Origin: Gloeobacterales cyanobacterium
GTDB taxonomy: Bacteria > Cyanobacteriota > Cyanobacteriia > Gloeobacterales > PMM-0068
DNA length: 64,000 nucleotides
Direction: 5' to 3'
Assembly: GCA_038245785.1 (NCBI GenBank)
Contig: JBBRSB010000008.1
Span: 32,001-96,000 of the forward strand
The first letter of the stretch is position 1. Each line of letters opens with the position of its first letter. The notes under the pieces were generated by a model. That model was not told where the DNA came from and did not search any database. It saw only the letters and a list, made by a program, of their open reading frames with translations. Positions 10,644-22,913 of this stretch are shown piece after piece. Position numbers and translations under genes: made by a program.

Positions 10644-13600
10644 TCGGGCTGTCCCCCTTCTGTAGGAACTTGAACACCACGGGCCGCTAGATATTCGTAC
10701 AAATGCCAGTGGTCCGCCACATCTTGCTGGGCTTCTTTGAGTAACTGTTTAGCCACGGCTGGACTGCTCTTGGTCAGCATTTTGAAACGGTTTTCTAGGT
10801 ATAGATATTTTTCAAGAGGGATTTTCGGGGAGCGCGAGTCTAGCTGTAAAGGATTTTCTCCTCGCTCGGCTCGGCCCGGATGAAAACGATAGAGCAACCA
10901 TTGACCTGAATTGACGGCGGCTTTCTGGTTTTGCATAGCCGTAGCCATGTTGATGCCGTGAGCAATGCAGTGGGAGTAGGCAATGATCAGCGATGGGCCT
11001 TCATAGGCTTCCGCCTCCAAAAAGACTTTGAGGGTATGTTCATCCCGTGCTCCCATGGCAACACTGGCCACATAGACATTGCCATAGGTCATCGCCATCA
11101 GGCCCAAGTCCTTTTTGGGCGCAGGCTTACCGCCCGCAGCGAATTTAGCAACTGCAGCCCGAGGGGTTGCTTTGGACATTTGCCCACCCGTGTTGGAATA
11201 GACTTCCGTATCGAGGACAAGAACATTGACGTTGCGACCACTGGACAGCACATGGTCTAAACCCCCAAAGCCAATGTCATAGGCCCAGCCATCCCCACCA
11301 ATGATCCAAACACTTTTCTTGACCAGCAGGTCGGCCAGGCTTAGGAGCTGTTTGGCTTCTTCGGAATCTAGGGTTTGTAATCTCTGCTTAAGGACCGCTA
11401 CCCGCTCCCGTTGCTCGTAGATATCTGCTTCATCTTTTTGCTCTGCAGACACAATGGCTTGAACCAGATCATCACCCAACGCCCCAGACAATTTCTTCAG
11501 CAGCTCCACCGCGAATTCTTTCTGCTTATCAATTGACAGACGGAAACCCAGCCCAAATTCGGCATTGTCTTCAAATAAGGAATTGGACCAGGCTGGTCCC
11601 CGTCCTTCCGCATTCTTCGTCCAGGGTGTAGTAGGTAAGCTGCCTCCATAAATAGAAGAACAGCCCGTGGCATTGGCCACCACCATCCGGTCGCCAAACA
11701 GTTGGGAAGCCAGTTTGATATAAGGCGTTTCTCCACAGCCCGCACAGGCCCCAGAAAATTCAAACAGCGGTTCTTGCATCTGCTGCTGGCGAATCAGCGT
11801 TGTATTTAAGTCACGACGGTCCGGGTTGGGCACGCTCAAAAAGAAGTCCCAATTTTCCCGTTCCGGCTCTCGTAGGGGAGCTTGCGCCTGCATATTAATC
11901 GCTTTCAGCGAAGGAATAGATTTATTTTTCGCCGGACAGACATCCACACAAATTCCACAGCCCGTGCAGTCTTCCGCCGCCACTTGAATCGTGAACTTCA
12001 GTCCCTGCCAGTCATGGTCGTGGGCCTCTGCCGATTTAAAGGTTGCAGGTGCTCCCTCTAAGACCCCAGGCTCATAGACCTTACCCCGAATCACACTGTG
12101 GGGGCAGACCATCACGCACTTACCGCACTGGATACAAACATCTGGATCCCAGACCGGAATTTCCTGGGCAATATTGCGTTTTTCCCATTGGGCCGTTCCC
12201 GTGGGAAAGGTTCCATCCACAGGTAAGGCGCTGACAGGCAGGGTATCCCCCTGGCCGGAAATCATTTTGCCTAGAACGTCCCGCACAAATGCAGGGGCAT
12301 GATCGGACACCGGCGCATGTAGAGACGCGAAATTTCGCGTCTCTACGGTGCGTTCCGGGATTTCTACGGCGAATAGACGTTCCAACGTCTGGTCCACCGC
12401 ATTCAAATTCATCTGAACGATTTCATCGCCTTTCTTGCCATAGGTCTTTTGGATGGACTGTTTAATTTCGGAAATCGCTCCGTCTCTAGGCAAAATGCCC
12501 GCAAGGGCAAAGAAACAAACCTGCATCACGGTGTTGATCCGTCCGCCCATCCCACTTTCACGGGCCACTTTATGGGCATCAATTACATAGAATTTCAGAT
12601 GCTTGCTAACCAGCTGCTCTTGCATCGTTTGCGGCAGATGATTCCAGATTTCATCCGGTCCGTAGGCCGTATCTAGTAAAAAAGTCCCTCCTTCTACAAG
12701 GGGTTGCAGCATATCAAAGCGCTCAAGGAAGACAGACTGGTGACAACCTACAAAATTGGCTCGACTCACCAGATAGGTGGAATGAATCGGCTCAGGTCCG
12801 AACCGCAGATGGGAAATCGTGACCGAACCTGATTTCTTGGAATCGTAGACAAAATAGCCCTGGGCATAGTTATTCGTCTGTTCGCCAATAATTTTGATTG
12901 AATTCTTATTAGCGCCTACCGTGCCATCAGAACCAAGACCATAGAACACACAGCGGACTACATGATCCGCTTCCGTCGAAAATTCTGGGTCGTAGGGCAG
13001 GCTGGTATGACTGACATCATCGTTAATGCCAATCGTGAAATGATTCTTAGGATATTCCTGCGCAAGATTATCAAAAACCCCCTTGATCATGGCTGGGGTA
13101 AATTCTTTGGAGGATAGACCATAGCGCCCACCAACGATCCCCCCTTGATCCCCCCTTAGCAAGGGGGGAAAAGTCCTTGAAGCCTTATAGTTCTCTCTCT
13201 CTAGGGGGGTCTCATAAATCGCCATCGCACAGTCTAAATAAAGCGGTTCCCCGATACTGCCAGGCTCTTTGGTGCGGTCAAGAATAGCAATTGCCTTAGT
13301 CGTCTCAGGCAAAGCTGCGACAAACCGCTCTCTGTCAAAAGGTCGATATAGCCGTACTTTGATCAGGCCGACCTTTTTACCCCTTTGGTTGAGAAAGTCC
13401 ACGGTTTCCTGGACGGCTTCACAGCCAGAACCCATGAGCACGATCACCCGTTCTGCATCAGGTGCTCCGTAATATTCAAACAGTCGATAGTGTCGCCCTG
13501 TTAGCTGCCCAAACTGATCCATAGCCCTTTGGGTAATCTCTGGGCAGGCAGCGTAGAAAGGGTTCACCGTTTCCCGCGCCTGGAAGAATACATCTGGATT

Positions 13601-14281
13601 TTGGGATGTGCCCCGCAACACAGGGTGATCTGGGGAGAGAGCCCGGGCACGATGTTCCAGAATCCGCTGCGGATCGATCATCGCCCGCAGGTCATCGTCG
13701 GATAGCCGTTCGATTTTGGCAATCTCATGGGAGGTGCGGAAGCCATCAAAGAAATGCAAGAACGGAATCCGAGACTCCAGCGTGACCACTTGGGCAATCA
13801 GGGCAAAATCTTGAGCTTCCTGCACGGAGGCCGAACAGAGCAGGGCAAAACCTGTCGCACGGGTAGCCATCACATCACTGTGGTCCCCAAAAATAGAAAG
13901 GGCCTGTGTGGCCACTGAACGCGCTGCCACATGAAAGACCGTGGGCGTCAATTCCCCAGCAATCTTGTACATATTGGGAATCATCAACAGCAGTCCCTGC
14001 GATGCTGTGAACGTAGTAGCCAGCGAGCCGGTTTGCAGAGCACCATGCATGACCCCGGCGACACCCCCTTCTGACTGCATCTCTACTACTGAGGGGACGG
14101 TGCCCCAGAGGTTGGGCTTGCCTTCAGCAGCCCAGGCATCCGCCCACTCCCCAATTGGAGTGGATGGAGTAATCGGATAGAGGGCAATTACTTCATTCAA
14201 GCGATAGGTGACAGAGGCCACGGCCTCATCCCCATCCAAAGTCGCAAAAATCCTTTGCTGCAAAATACCTGTGCTCATCAT
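10640..14281 (-). CDS. nifJ: Pyruvate:ferredoxin/flavodoxin oxidoreductase
   Basis: YPITPS, two CxxCxxC ferredoxin motifs, [18 protein letters not shown]. Confidence 0.97.
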   Translation of the reverse strand: MMSTGILQQRIFATLDGDEAVASVTYRLNEVIALYPITPSTPIGEWADAWAAEGKPNLWGTVPSVVEMQSEGGVAGVMHGALQTGSLATTFTASQGLLLMIPNMYKIAGELTPTVFHVAARSVATQALSIFGDHSDVMATRATGFALLCSASVQEAQDFALIAQVVTLESRIPFLHFFDGFRTSHEIAKIERLSDDDLRAMIDPQRILEHRARALSPDHPVLRGTSQNPDVFFQARETVNPFYAACPEITQRAMDQFGQLTGRHYRLFEYYGAPDAERVIVLMGSGCEAVQETVDFLNQRGKKVGLIKVRLYRPFDRERFVAALPETTKAIAILDRTKEPGSIGEPLYLDCAMAIYETPLERENYKASRTFPPLLRGDQGGIVGGRYGLSSKEFTPAMIKGVFDNLAQEYPKNHFTIGINDDVSHTSLPYDPEFSTEADHVVRCVFYGLGSDGTVGANKNSIKIIGEQTNNYAQGYFVYDSKKSGSVTISHLRFGPEPIHSTYLVSRANFVGCHQSVFLERFDMLQPLVEGGTFLLDTAYGPDEIWNHLPQTMQEQLVSKHLKFYVIDAHKVARESGMGGRINTVMQVCFFALAGILPRDGAISEIKQSIQKTYGKKGDEIVQMNLNAVDQTLERLFAVEIPERTVETRNFASLHAPVSDHAPAFVRDVLGKMISGQGDTLPVSALPVDGTFPTGTAQWEKRNIAQEIPVWDPDVCIQCGKCVMVCPHSVIRGKVYEPGVLEGAPATFKSAEAHDHDWQGLKFTIQVAAEDCTGCGICVDVCPAKNKSIPSLKAINMQAQAPLREPERENWDFFLSVPNPDRRDLNTTLIRQQQMQEPLFEFSGACAGCGETPYIKLASQLFGDRMVVANATGCSSIYGGSLPTTPWTKNAEGRGPAWSNSLFEDNAEFGLGFRLSIDKQKEFAVELLKKLSGALGDDLVQAIVSAEQKDEADIYEQRERVAVLKQRLQTLDSEEAKQLLSLADLLVKKSVWIIGGDGWAYDIGFGGLDHVLSSGRNVNVLVLDTEVYSNTGGQMSKATPRAAVAKFAAGGKPAPKKDLGLMAMTYGNVYVASVAMGARDEHTLKVFLEAEAYEGPSLIIAYSHCIAHGINMATAMQNQKAAVNSGQWLLYRFHPGRAERGENPLQLDSRSPKIPLEKYLYLENRFKMLTKSSPAVAKQLLKEAQQDVADHWHLYEYLAARGVQVPTEGGQPE
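12319..12346. repeat. Perfect 28-bp palindrome in frame inside nifJ
   Basis: GTAGAGACGCGAAATTTCGCGTCTCTAC, encoding VETRNFASL. Confidence 0.85.
13137..13210. repeat. Short dispersed repeat in frame inside nifJ
   Basis: CCCCCCTTGATCCCCCCTTAGCAAGGGGGG, encoding ...[11 protein letters not shown]. Confidence 0.75.
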
Positions 14282-14566
14282 TAAGATGCCTCTTGTCAGA
14301 GCTGCTATTTCGTCTTTTGCGTATCATCGGCACGTTGCTTCACCCTCTATATCTATCTAAATGCTCCTCAGGGTTAACTATTTGGCATATTTCTTAGCGT
14401 TTCTGCTAGCTTAATTTTTGTAAATCAACTCGACTTTTAATTTTGGCTATGGTCAGAATCGAAAAGTAATTGGCCAGAGAGCTAATAGAACCCCCGGCTA
14501 TCGCCGTCCCCCTTACCTTGGGCTAACGTGTACACAGATCTTGGATAAATTTGATGTTGCTGCATT

Positions 14567-14638
14567 TCGCCCCCCTGCCCCCCAATTCTGGGGGTTTCTG
14601 ACCTCAAAGTCCCCCAAAGTTGGGGGATTTAGGGGGCG
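14567..14638. repeat. Dispersed C/G-run palindromic repeat
   Basis: CCCCCAATTCTGGGGG and CCCCCAAAGTTGGGGG units; inverted relative at 60204-60275. Confidence 0.8.
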
Positions 14639-14667
14639 GTTCAGATCATTATTTTTTAGGATGGGAT

Positions 14668-15195
14668 ATGCAGGCTTCTACCATCGACAAAAAACCTATA
14701 GTTAGCCCTGATAAACGCTACAAAATACTCGATGCCACGATTAAGCGCTATCAGTATCAGCAAGATGCCCTGATTGAAGTGCTGCACAAAGCACAGGGAC
14801 TCTTTGGCTGTCTGAATGATGACCTGTTACGCTACGTTGCTCATAGTCTGAAGCTACCGCCTAGCCGCGTTTATGGCGTTGCCACCTTCTATCACCTCTT
14901 CTCTCTTACACCAAAAGGGCTTCATCAGTGCGTGGTCTGTCTGGGTACGGCCTGCTATGTCAAAGGGGCTGCTGCGGTAATGGGAACGCTTGAACAGCAA
15001 ACCCATATCCATGCAGGAGAGACCACTCCTGACGGAAAGCTCTCACTTCTGACGGCCCGTTGCATAGGGGCTTGTAGCTTAGCTCCAGTGGTCGTTATTG
15101 ACGGAGCGGTGTCAGGATATCAAACGCCAGAGTCAGCCCGTGAGCGCCTACAAGAAGTGCTTGAGACTCCAGCTCCCATTCCAGTTTTGGATTAG
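14668..15195 (+). CDS. hoxE: Bidirectional hydrogenase diaphorase subunit HoxE
   Basis: DALIEVLHKAQ, GVATFYHLF, CLGTACYVKG, RCIGACSLAP. Confidence 0.95.
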   Translation: MQASTIDKKPIVSPDKRYKILDATIKRYQYQQDALIEVLHKAQGLFGCLNDDLLRYVAHSLKLPPSRVYGVATFYHLFSLTPKGLHQCVVCLGTACYVKGAAAVMGTLEQQTHIHAGETTPDGKLSLLTARCIGACSLAPVVVIDGAVSGYQTPESARERLQEVLETPAPIPVLD

Positions 15196-15229
15196 GCCCC
15201 TCTAATCATCAGGTTTCAGATTTTTATTG

Positions 15230-15261
15230 CTCACAAGTTCCTCAAATTTCCTGCCTAATCT
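15230..15261 (+). promoter_or_regulatory. Shared promoter motif, copy 2 (TPR gene-hoxFUYH)
   Basis: CTCACAAGTTCCTCA-N11-TAATCT. Confidence 0.75.
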
Positions 15262-15284
15262 GCAAGGTAAGGAGAGAACCCTCA

Positions 15285-16274
15285 ATGGCACATTTATCCT
15301 TTGTAAACGTTCCCGCTATCTTTCGCTATAGCAGTTCAAGCGTAACTCTAGCGAGTATCTTGAGCATCGTTATGCTGGGAGGAACAGCGTCTATGCCAGC
15401 GTGGTCAGCGCCCATTCCTTCACTCGCGGCTATAAGCTCCGTGACTCAAATGAACGCTGAGGATTTCTATAACCGAGGCATTGATGAGATTAAGACAGGA
15501 AAAGTGAAGGAAGCGATTGATGATTTCTCCCAGGTCCTTCTCATCAATCCTAATCATGCCGCAGCGTTTTTCAATCGGGGTTCAGCCTATTCTCAAAATG
15601 GAGATAAGCAGAAAGCACTGGAAGATTTTAATCAGGCCATCCGCCTCAGTCCCTACTCGACGGCTGCCTATGATGGTCGGGCCTATGTGCGCAAGTCCCT
15701 GAAAGACTTCAAGGGCGCCATAGAAGATTACACCCAGATGCTGCAGATCACACCCTTTGATGCCGGGGTCTACTACAAAAGGGGGCTAGTCCACTACAGA
15801 CTAGGAGATCAGCAGAGTGCTCTGGAGAATTTTAAGGAAGCTATCCGTATCCAGCCAAGCTTCATTCAGCAAATTACGGGACATCTAGTCACCGTCGCTA
15901 TTATTCGCACCTCTGAGTTGGGAGATTACGAGGGCGCACTTGAGGACTTCTCCTTTCTCATTCATTTCAATCCCTCTGATGCCCAAGCCTATAGCGGTCG
16001 GGCCATCATACGCGCGGGACTAGGGGATAAGAAAGGGGCTGTGGAAGATTACACTCAAGCCATTCGTTTCAACCCGCTTGGCACAAATGCCTATTTAAAA
16101 CGGGGCCAGATTCTTTCTGAACTAGGAAATAAGCGAGGAGCCTTGAAAGATTTACGCAACGCCGAACGTCTTTTTGTCATAGCCTCCTCTGCAGAAACGG
16201 ATCCTCCCCTTCGAGATTTCTATCAAGAGATGCTGAAAGAAACTCGGAGCCTGCTTAGAAAACTTCAACGCTAG
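15285..16274 (+). CDS. TPR-repeat protein with probable signal peptide
   Basis: Repeated AY..RG......GD...A..DY.QAI...P units; hydrophobic N-terminus ending AWS. Confidence 0.9.
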   Translation: MAHLSFVNVPAIFRYSSSSVTLASILSIVMLGGTASMPAWSAPIPSLAAISSVTQMNAEDFYNRGIDEIKTGKVKEAIDDFSQVLLINPNHAAAFFNRGSAYSQNGDKQKALEDFNQAIRLSPYSTAAYDGRAYVRKSLKDFKGAIEDYTQMLQITPFDAGVYYKRGLVHYRLGDQQSALENFKEAIRIQPSFIQQITGHLVTVAIIRTSELGDYEGALEDFSFLIHFNPSDAQAYSGRAIIRAGLGDKKGAVEDYTQAIRFNPLGTNAYLKRGQILSELGNKRGALKDLRNAERLFVIASSAETDPPLRDFYQEMLKETRSLLRKLQR

Positions 16275-16283
16275 GTTGTCAAC

Positions 16284-17930
16284 ATGGATCTTGCTGAACT
16301 TTTGAACATTGCAGAACAAGAACGTCAGGCTGAAAAGAGCATCCATATTCGTTGTTGTATGGCGGCAGGTTGTCTGTCTTCTAATTCCTTAGCGGTCAAA
16401 CAGCGCCTTGAACAAGCGGTTACAGAAGCTGGTTTAGACAGTAGCGTGCAGGTCACTGGAGTCGGCTGTATGCGTCTATGCTGTCAGGGTCCTCTGGTTC
16501 AAGTTGATGGAGCAGGGGAGCGTGTAGCGACGGAGGACCTTACCCCTCTACAGTGCGAACTGATGACCCAACTCTACGAGAAGGTCACCCCCACCGACGC
16601 CCCTTCGATTGTGGCGGCATTGGAGGGAGGTACGGCCACCGCCCAACAGGGCGACCTTACACACCCATTTTTTACCCGTCAGCTGCCGATTGTGCTGGAA
16701 AATAGCGGCAAGATTGACCCTGAGCGCATCGAATCCTATATAGCCGCCAACGGCTATCAGGCGCTCCAGCGTGTTTTACAAGAAATGACGCCCTCAGAAG
16801 TGGTGAATAGCATTACTCGTAGTGGTCTGCGGGGACGGGGTGGAGCTGGTTATCCGACGGGGCTGAAATGGGCAACCGTAGCCAAGGCGACTAACCCACA
16901 AAAGTATGTCATCTGCAATGCCGATGAGGGCGATCCTGGGGCCTTTATGGACCGCAGCGTTTTAGAGAGTGACCCCCATCGGGTGCTGGAAGGGATGGCG
17001 ATTGCGGCCTATGCCGTGGGCGCGAACCAGGGTTACATTTACGTCCGCGCTGAATATCCTCTGGCCATTAGTCGCTTAGAAACCGCTATCCGGCAGGCCA
17101 AGCAACAGGGGCTTCTGGGCAGTCAAATCTTTGAATCCCCCTTTGACTTTCGAATTGACCTGAGGATGGGGGCAGGTGCTTTTGTCTGCGGAGAAGAAAC
17201 AGCGTTGATGGCTTCTATTGAGGGGAAGCGCGGTTTACCGAGTCCTCGCCCACCCTATCCAGCAGAATCAGGGCTCTGGGGATGTCCAACCCTAATTAAT
17301 AACGTCGAGACCTATGCCAATGTGCCCACGATTCTGCGCAAGGGAGCGGACTGGTTTGCCAGTATCGGGACGGAGAAAAGTAAAGGGACCAAGGTCTTCT
17401 CGCTGACGGGCAAAGTGCGCAATACAGGTCTGGTCGAAGTGCCCATGGGCACAACCCTGCGTCAGATTGTGGAAGAAATGGGAGGCGGGGCCCCGGATGG
17501 CAATGCTGTCAAAGCGGTGCAGACAGGCGGTCCTTCTGGCGGCTGTATCCCCACGGATGCCCTGGATACGCCCGTTGACTACGACTCTCTGCTCCAACTG
17601 GGCTCGATTATGGGTTCCGGTGGCATGATTGTCATGGACCAGAGCAACAACATGGTAGAAGTCGCCCGCTTCTTTATGGAATTCTGCATGGATGAATCTT
17701 GCGGTAAATGCATTCCCTGCCGTGCGGGTACCGTGCTGATGTATCGACTTTTAACCAAAATCCATGAGGGTAAGGCATCTCATGCAGACCTGGAACAGTT
17801 GGAATCGCTCTGCCCGATGGTGAAAGAAACCAGTCTCTGTGGGTTAGGCCAATCTGCCCCAAACCCGGTGCTGAGCACCCTGCGCTATTTCCGGGATGAA
17901 TATCTAGCCTTGATTCAAGACCACCGCTAA
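16284..17930 (+). CDS. hoxF: HoxF (NuoF-like FMN/NAD subunit)
   Basis: [38 protein letters not shown]. Confidence 0.96.
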   Translation: MDLAELLNIAEQERQAEKSIHIRCCMAAGCLSSNSLAVKQRLEQAVTEAGLDSSVQVTGVGCMRLCCQGPLVQVDGAGERVATEDLTPLQCELMTQLYEKVTPTDAPSIVAALEGGTATAQQGDLTHPFFTRQLPIVLENSGKIDPERIESYIAANGYQALQRVLQEMTPSEVVNSITRSGLRGRGGAGYPTGLKWATVAKATNPQKYVICNADEGDPGAFMDRSVLESDPHRVLEGMAIAAYAVGANQGYIYVRAEYPLAISRLETAIRQAKQQGLLGSQIFESPFDFRIDLRMGAGAFVCGEETALMASIEGKRGLPSPRPPYPAESGLWGCPTLINNVETYANVPTILRKGADWFASIGTEKSKGTKVFSLTGKVRNTGLVEVPMGTTLRQIVEEMGGGAPDGNAVKAVQTGGPSGGCIPTDALDTPVDYDSLLQLGSIMGSGGMIVMDQSNNMVEVARFFMEFCMDESCGKCIPCRAGTVLMYRLLTKIHEGKASHADLEQLESLCPMVKETSLCGLGQSAPNPVLSTLRYFRDEYLALIQDHR

Positions 17931-18002
17931 TTCTATGGAGAAAAATCACTATTCCCCTTGCTCAACTGCTCAACAGACGGTCTACCTTGTCTATAGGAAA
18001 CA

Positions 18003-18722
18003 ATGATGGCAGTTAAAACCTTAACCATAGATGACCAAATGGTCAGTGCCCGTGAGGATGAGACCCTTCTAGAAGCGGCACGGGAGGCGGGGATTGATAT
18101 TCCTACTCTCTGCTATCTCGATGGAGTGTCTGCAGTAGGGGCCTGTCGGCTCTGTTTGGTGGAAGTAGCAGGCAGCAGCAGACTCCAGGCAGCCTGTGTC
18201 ACCAAGGTCGCTGAAGGGATGGAAATTCGCACAAATACGGAACGACTACAGCAGTATCGCCGCATGATTGTCGAAATGCTCTTTGCAGAAGGCAATCACA
18301 TCTGCTCCGTCTGTGTTTCTAACGGTCATTGTGAATTACAGGATATGGCTGTCACCGTCGGGATGGACCATGTGGATTTTGAATACTTCAATCCAAGCCG
18401 TCCGATGGACCTTTCCCATGAACACTTTGGCATGGACCACAATCGCTGTATCCTTTGCACACGCTGCATTCGTGTCTGTGATGAACTCGAAGGAGTCCAT
18501 ACCTGGGATATGGCCGGTCGAGGCACCCACGCTCATGTGATTACAGACCTGAATCAGCCCTGGGGAACCTCTCCAACCTGTACTTCCTGCGGCAAATGTG
18601 TAGAAGCCTGTCCCACAGGGTCCATTTTCCACCAGGGATCTAGTGTGGGAGAAATGGTCCATAACCGTTCCCGCATCGAATTTATTGCCACGGCAAAGAA
18701 GAAAAAACAATGGCTCGTCTAA
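18003..18722 (+). CDS. hoxU: HoxU Fe-S subunit
   Basis: [34 protein letters not shown]. Confidence 0.96.
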   Translation: MMAVKTLTIDDQMVSAREDETLLEAAREAGIDIPTLCYLDGVSAVGACRLCLVEVAGSSRLQAACVTKVAEGMEIRTNTERLQQYRRMIVEMLFAEGNHICSVCVSNGHCELQDMAVTVGMDHVDFEYFNPSRPMDLSHEHFGMDHNRCILCTRCIRVCDELEGVHTWDMAGRGTHAHVITDLNQPWGTSPTCTSCGKCVEACPTGSIFHQGSSVGEMVHNRSRIEFIATAKKKKQWLV

Positions 18723-19252
18723 AACTAGCAACGGTATGGCTGGGAGGCTGTTCTGGCTGTCATATGTCCTTTCTGGATCTAGACGAATGGCTCTTTGATT
18801 TAGCGGCCCAAGTGGACCTGGTCTTTAGCCCTTTTGCCGATGTGAAAGAATATCCAGAAAATGTGGATGTGGTTTTAGTCGAAGGTGCCGTTGCCAATGA
18901 AGACAATCTTCACCTGATCCAAACCGTCCGCAAGCGCTCGAAAATCTTGGTTTCCTTCGGCGACTGTGCTGTAACTGGCAATGTCACCGCTTTGCGCAAT
19001 CCCTTAGGCAGTGCGGAACCTGTACTTCAACGCTGTTATGTCGAGGCAGCAGCGCTCCAAGCCCAGATTCCAAATGAGCCTGGCATTGTACCGGTCTTAT
19101 TAGACCGGGTAATCCCTGTGCATCAAGTTATCCCCGTGGACTTTTACCTGCCGGGTTGTCCACCGCCAGCTTCCCGGATTCGAGCGGTCTTAGAGTCCTT
19201 ACTAAAAGGGGAAAAACCTCATTTAGAAGGACAGGATATTAGGTTTGGATAG
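18710..19252 (+). CDS. hoxY: HoxY hydrogenase small subunit
   Basis: [20 protein letters not shown]. Confidence 0.96.
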   Translation: MARLKLATVWLGGCSGCHMSFLDLDEWLFDLAAQVDLVFSPFADVKEYPENVDVVLVEGAVANEDNLHLIQTVRKRSKILVSFGDCAVTGNVTALRNPLGSAEPVLQRCYVEAAALQAQIPNEPGIVPVLLDRVIPVHQVIPVDFYLPGCPPPASRIRAVLESLLKGEKPHLEGQDIRFG

Positions 19253-19288
19253 CCCATAGCAAACCTGCAACCCAACAAGGAGACACTT

Positions 19289-20713
19289 ATGTCTCAGCGC
19301 ATTGTGATCGATCCTGTCACCCGCATTGAGGGTCACGCTAAAATCACCATTTACCTTGATGATGCCGGAGCAGTAGCGGATGCCCGTTTTCATGTGACGG
19401 AGTTTCGAGGATTTGAAAAGTTCTGCGAGGGTCGCTCTCTCTGGGAAATGCCAGCTATTACGTCCCGCATCTGTGGCATTTGCCCGGTTAGTCATTTGCT
19501 AGCCTCTGCTAAGGCTGGGGACCGAATTCTCTCCGTCACCATTCCACCCGCCGCTGTCAAACTGCGCCGGATTATGAATCTGGCCCAGATTATCCAATCC
19601 CATTCCCTCAGTTTCTTTCACCTCAGCGCTCCAGATTTACTCTTGGGCCTGGATAGCGATCCTGCTTCCCGCAATGTATTTGGTCTGATCGCCGCTGAGC
19701 CGGAACTGGCACGAGGGGGTATTCGCCTGCGCCAGTTTGGTCAAGAGATTATTGAAATCCTCGGTGGTCGTAAGATTCATCCCTCTTGGGCGGTTCCAGG
19801 GGGGGTACGAGAACCTCTAACCGAAGAGGGACGCTTCCATATTCGGGACCGCATTCCTGAAGCGCAGGCTACCGCCCTAAACGCTATCGACCGATTTAAA
19901 CGCCTACTGGATGACTACCAGCAAGAAACCGAAGTCTTTGGTAACTTCCCCAGTTTATTTATGGGTTTGGTCACTGCCGATGGAGCTTGGGAGCACTATG
20001 ACGGCTATCTCCGCTTTATGGATAGCGAAGGGAACATCCTGGCCGATGGACTCGACCCAACTCGCTTTGAAGAATTCCTTGGGGAAGCGGTCGAACCCTG
20101 GTCCTATCTAAAATTCCCCTACTACAAACCTCTCGGCTATCCAGCAGGTATGTATCGCGTTGGTCCCCTGGCCCGTCTTAATATTTGCACCCATATTGGC
20201 GTGCCCTTGGCAGACCAAGAGTTAAGAGAGTTCCGCGACCGAGGGAAGGGCACGGTCCTTTCTTCCTTTTTCTATCACTACGCGCGACTGATCGAGATTC
20301 TGGGGAGCATTGAACACATTGCTCAACTTCTGGATGACCCCGATATTCTTTCGAGCCATCTCCGTGCCCATGCGCGTATTAATCAGTTAGAAGGAATTGG
20401 CGTCAGTGAAGCGCCCCGTGGCACGCTGTTTCATCACTATCACGTAGATGAAAATGGCTTGATGAAAAAGATAAACCTGATGATTGCCACGGGACAAAAT
20501 AACCTAGCGATGAATCGTATTGTGACCCAGATTGCCCAACATTACATCCACGGTCCCGAAATTCCTGAGGGAATGCTGAATCGTGTTGAAGCGGGTATTC
20601 GTGCCTTCGATCCCTGTCTCAGTTGTTCAACTCATGCCGCAGGTCAGATGCCATTGCACGTTCAATTAATTGCAATGGATGGCAGCTTACTGGATGAGGT
20701 CTGGCGCGATTAA
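19289..20713 (+). CDS. hoxH: HoxH NiFe hydrogenase large subunit
   Basis: [24 protein letters not shown] plus a cleavable C-terminal tail. Confidence 0.97.
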   Translation: MSQRIVIDPVTRIEGHAKITIYLDDAGAVADARFHVTEFRGFEKFCEGRSLWEMPAITSRICGICPVSHLLASAKAGDRILSVTIPPAAVKLRRIMNLAQIIQSHSLSFFHLSAPDLLLGLDSDPASRNVFGLIAAEPELARGGIRLRQFGQEIIEILGGRKIHPSWAVPGGVREPLTEEGRFHIRDRIPEAQATALNAIDRFKRLLDDYQQETEVFGNFPSLFMGLVTADGAWEHYDGYLRFMDSEGNILADGLDPTRFEEFLGEAVEPWSYLKFPYYKPLGYPAGMYRVGPLARLNICTHIGVPLADQELREFRDRGKGTVLSSFFYHYARLIEILGSIEHIAQLLDDPDILSSHLRAHARINQLEGIGVSEAPRGTLFHHYHVDENGLMKKINLMIATGQNNLAMNRIVTQIAQHYIHGPEIPEGMLNRVEAGIRAFDPCLSCSTHAAGQMPLHVQLIAMDGSLLDEVWRD

Positions 20714-20859
20714 TAGTTTTCTAAACAACAGCAGCAGCGCTAAAAATTTCAAAATAGATGATTGCTCGTCTATAGGAGAGAATTCATCATGCGGAACACT
20801 GATCCAAGAGAAACTTTTCAAATAGTCAAAAGGTATAATTTGTATTGCTTTTCTATCAC

Positions 20860-21050
20860 GGGATACAGATGAGCCGCGCTATCTGGTCATCGGCATGATC
20901 GAAGGTAAGTACTGGTCTGCCGTAATCACTTATCGCCGTGAACGCATCCGTCTGATCTCGGTCAGACGTTCAAGACCAGAGGAGATTAAACTTTATGAAA
21001 GCTTCTGATTTCGACAAGCGTTTCGACGAGGGCGAAGCGGATATGACTAC
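20860..21050 (+). pseudogene. Truncated BrnT/BrnA toxin-antitoxin remnant
   Basis: DEPRYLVIGMIEGKYWSAVITYR..RIRLISVRRSR..E...YES* (ends 21008) overlapping MKASDFDKRFDEGE (ATG 20995). Confidence 0.75.
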
Positions 21051-21079
21051 GGTGAGAGCCCAAGGTGAACGCTCTAAAC

Positions 21080-21099
21080 TGCAACTAAGTCTAGTTGCA
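21080..21099. promoter_or_regulatory. Probable HicB operator
   Basis: Perfect inverted repeat TGCAACTA-AGTC-TAGTTGCA upstream of hicA. Confidence 0.65.
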
Positions 21100-21146
21100 A
21101 TGTGGGCCTAAAGATCAGGTAATAGAGTCAAGCATGACAAAGGGGA

Positions 21147-21401
21147 ATGGCTCATAAAGAAAAGCTGCTGAAACGGCTACTCAGTGAACCCAAAGACTTT
21201 AGCTGGGAAGACCTCGTAACACTTCTGTCATGGCTAGGTTTTGAGGAAGCCAGCACGGGTAAAACAGGGGGGTCACGGAGGCGATTTTTAGATAACCGAG
21301 GAATTGTAATCAGTCTGCACAAACCTCACCCACACAATATTCTGAAGAGTTATCAAATTGAGCAGGTCATCGAGATTATAAAGCAGGAAGGATATCTATG
21401 A
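21147..21401 (+). CDS. HicA-family toxin
   Basis: GKTGGSRRRF...LHKPHP..LKSYQ. Confidence 0.88.
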   Translation: MAHKEKLLKRLLSEPKDFSWEDLVTLLSWLGFEEASTGKTGGSRRRFLDNRGIVISLHKPHPHNILKSYQIEQVIEIIKQEGYL

Positions 21402-21754
21402 AAGACATGATGGAGTACAAAAGCTATTTAGGTTCGGTTCACTACAATGATCAAGATGAAGTCTTCTACGGAAAAGTAGAGTACATTCGCAGTCTCATTA
21501 GCTACGAGGGTCATGATGTTGAAACCCTGCGAGCGAGCTTTCAAGAGGGCATTAATGATTATCTAGAGCTTTGCCAACAAAAAGGGATTGTGCCAGAGCA
21601 ACCGTTCAAAGGCAGCTTTAATATCAGACCTGGAACTGAGCTACATCGACGAGCGGCGATTGCGGCTCAAGAGCAGGGTATTAATTTGAACAAGCTGGTG
21701 AGCGAGGCTTTAGAACATTATCTAAACAATAGACAACCCTCATCTATTCTCTGA
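21398..21754 (+). CDS. HicB-family antitoxin
   Basis: MEYKSYLGSV...DYLELC...PFKGSFNIR..ELH. Confidence 0.9.
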   Translation: MKDMMEYKSYLGSVHYNDQDEVFYGKVEYIRSLISYEGHDVETLRASFQEGINDYLELCQQKGIVPEQPFKGSFNIRPGTELHRRAAIAAQEQGINLNKLVSEALEHYLNNRQPSSIL

Positions 21755-21822
21755 AGGAAGACTCTCTAGCTTCCTAAGAAAACTGGACCAAAAGGTTGTC
21801 ATTCAGATTTCGCAGCATCAGG
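21741..21822 (+). pseudogene. Fragment of an XRE antitoxin gene
   Basis: 82-bp diverged copy of 23907-23988. Confidence 0.8.
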
Positions 21823-21834
21823 AAGAAGCGAGTT

Positions 21835-22148
21835 ATGAGTCGATTGACCGTCCGATTACCTGAAACACTGCATCAACAACTGATCCATCTAGCGGAGAGG
21901 GAAGGAGTATCGCTGAATCAGTACATTGTTCATGCTTTGATTCATCAGGTTTCCCCAACTTATTCAGTGCAAGCCATTCCTGAAACAGAAGTTAAACAGC
22001 AGCAATAGGCTTTCAAGGCATTGGTCCAGAAACTGGGGAAAGCATCTTCCACGGAGATCGAATCAGTCCTAGCGGAACGGAACGAGTTGAACCAGAGGAA
22101 GAACTGAGTTCAGAAATGGTCGCCCGTTTACAGGAGTGAATTCGTCAT
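21835..22148 (+). pseudogene. Decayed copy of the RHH/HicB-like antitoxin at 26625
   Basis: Highly similar to 26625-26939; TAG at 22006-22008 and a later 1-nt loss; no PIN toxin upstream. Confidence 0.85.
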
Positions 22149-22185
22149 AAATAGCACCAGGGATGTTAACAGGCAGCTTATATAC

Positions 22186-22557
22186 TTACAATTCTGGAAT
22201 AGTTACCAGTAAAGAAGCCTTTTCTTTTGAAATTGGCTTTGGTCTCACTACGATCTCAACGTCCTGGTCAAGACGTGTCAGATATTCGATAAGCGTTGAA
22301 GTTGAGAACTCAGAGAGCCTACCTCGAACTAGCTTCGACACCTTCGCCTGATCGATTTTGAGGATAGCGCCAGCCTGCATCTGAGTGAGTTCTCGCTCCC
22401 TAATCACCGCAGAGATCCGTTGTACAAGCTGGGCTTTTGCCTGACGCTCTTCAGGATCAGGCAGTCCAAGATCAGCAAAAACATTCCCGCTCCCTGATAC
22501 AACAGTTTCCCCTGCATAAGTTTTGTCTTGTTTCGCTTTCATGATTGACCTCTTCAA
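22186..22557 (-). CDS. XRE/HigA-like HTH antitoxin
   Basis: SGNVFADLGLPD...LTQ.QAG.IL.IDQAKVS. Confidence 0.88.
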   Translation of the reverse strand: MKRSIMKAKQDKTYAGETVVSGSGNVFADLGLPDPEERQAKAQLVQRISAVIRERELTQMQAGAILKIDQAKVSKLVRGRLSEFSTSTLIEYLTRLDQDVEIVVRPKPISKEKASLLVTIPEL

Positions 22558-22913
22558 TAATTTTCCTTATAGTGCTCTTCTGCGGCCTTAAGCCTCTTTT
22601 TTACAAGATCGATTTCTTCCTTTGGTGTCGCTATGCCTTTCTTCGATTTTTTCTGAAATGCATGAAGAACATACACTACCCCTTTAAATTTCACTGTGTA
22701 TACGGCCCGGTAGGTATCTCCATCAAAATCGTCGATAACTTCAAGCACTCCAGCCCCTCCAAATCCCTGAAGAGGCTTGGTGGATTCATGCTTTTCTCCT
22801 TGTTGAGCAACATCAAGAGCCACACCTATGGAATCCTTGACCTCTTCGGGAAATGCTTTCAGATCTTTGAGGGAAGATCCTATCCATTCGATAGGTTTTC
22901 GTTCTCTTTACAC
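22554..22913 (-). pseudogene. RelE/HigB (Gp49-type) toxin with a stop at codon 2
   Basis: GTG TAA then RERKPIEWIGSSLKDLKAFP...YRAVY..VLHAFQKKS. Confidence 0.7.

Noticed and set aside
14370..14412. Possible seventh motif copy in the nifJ-hoxE divergent region
   Set aside because: Only about 8/15 matches, with a 10-bp spacer.
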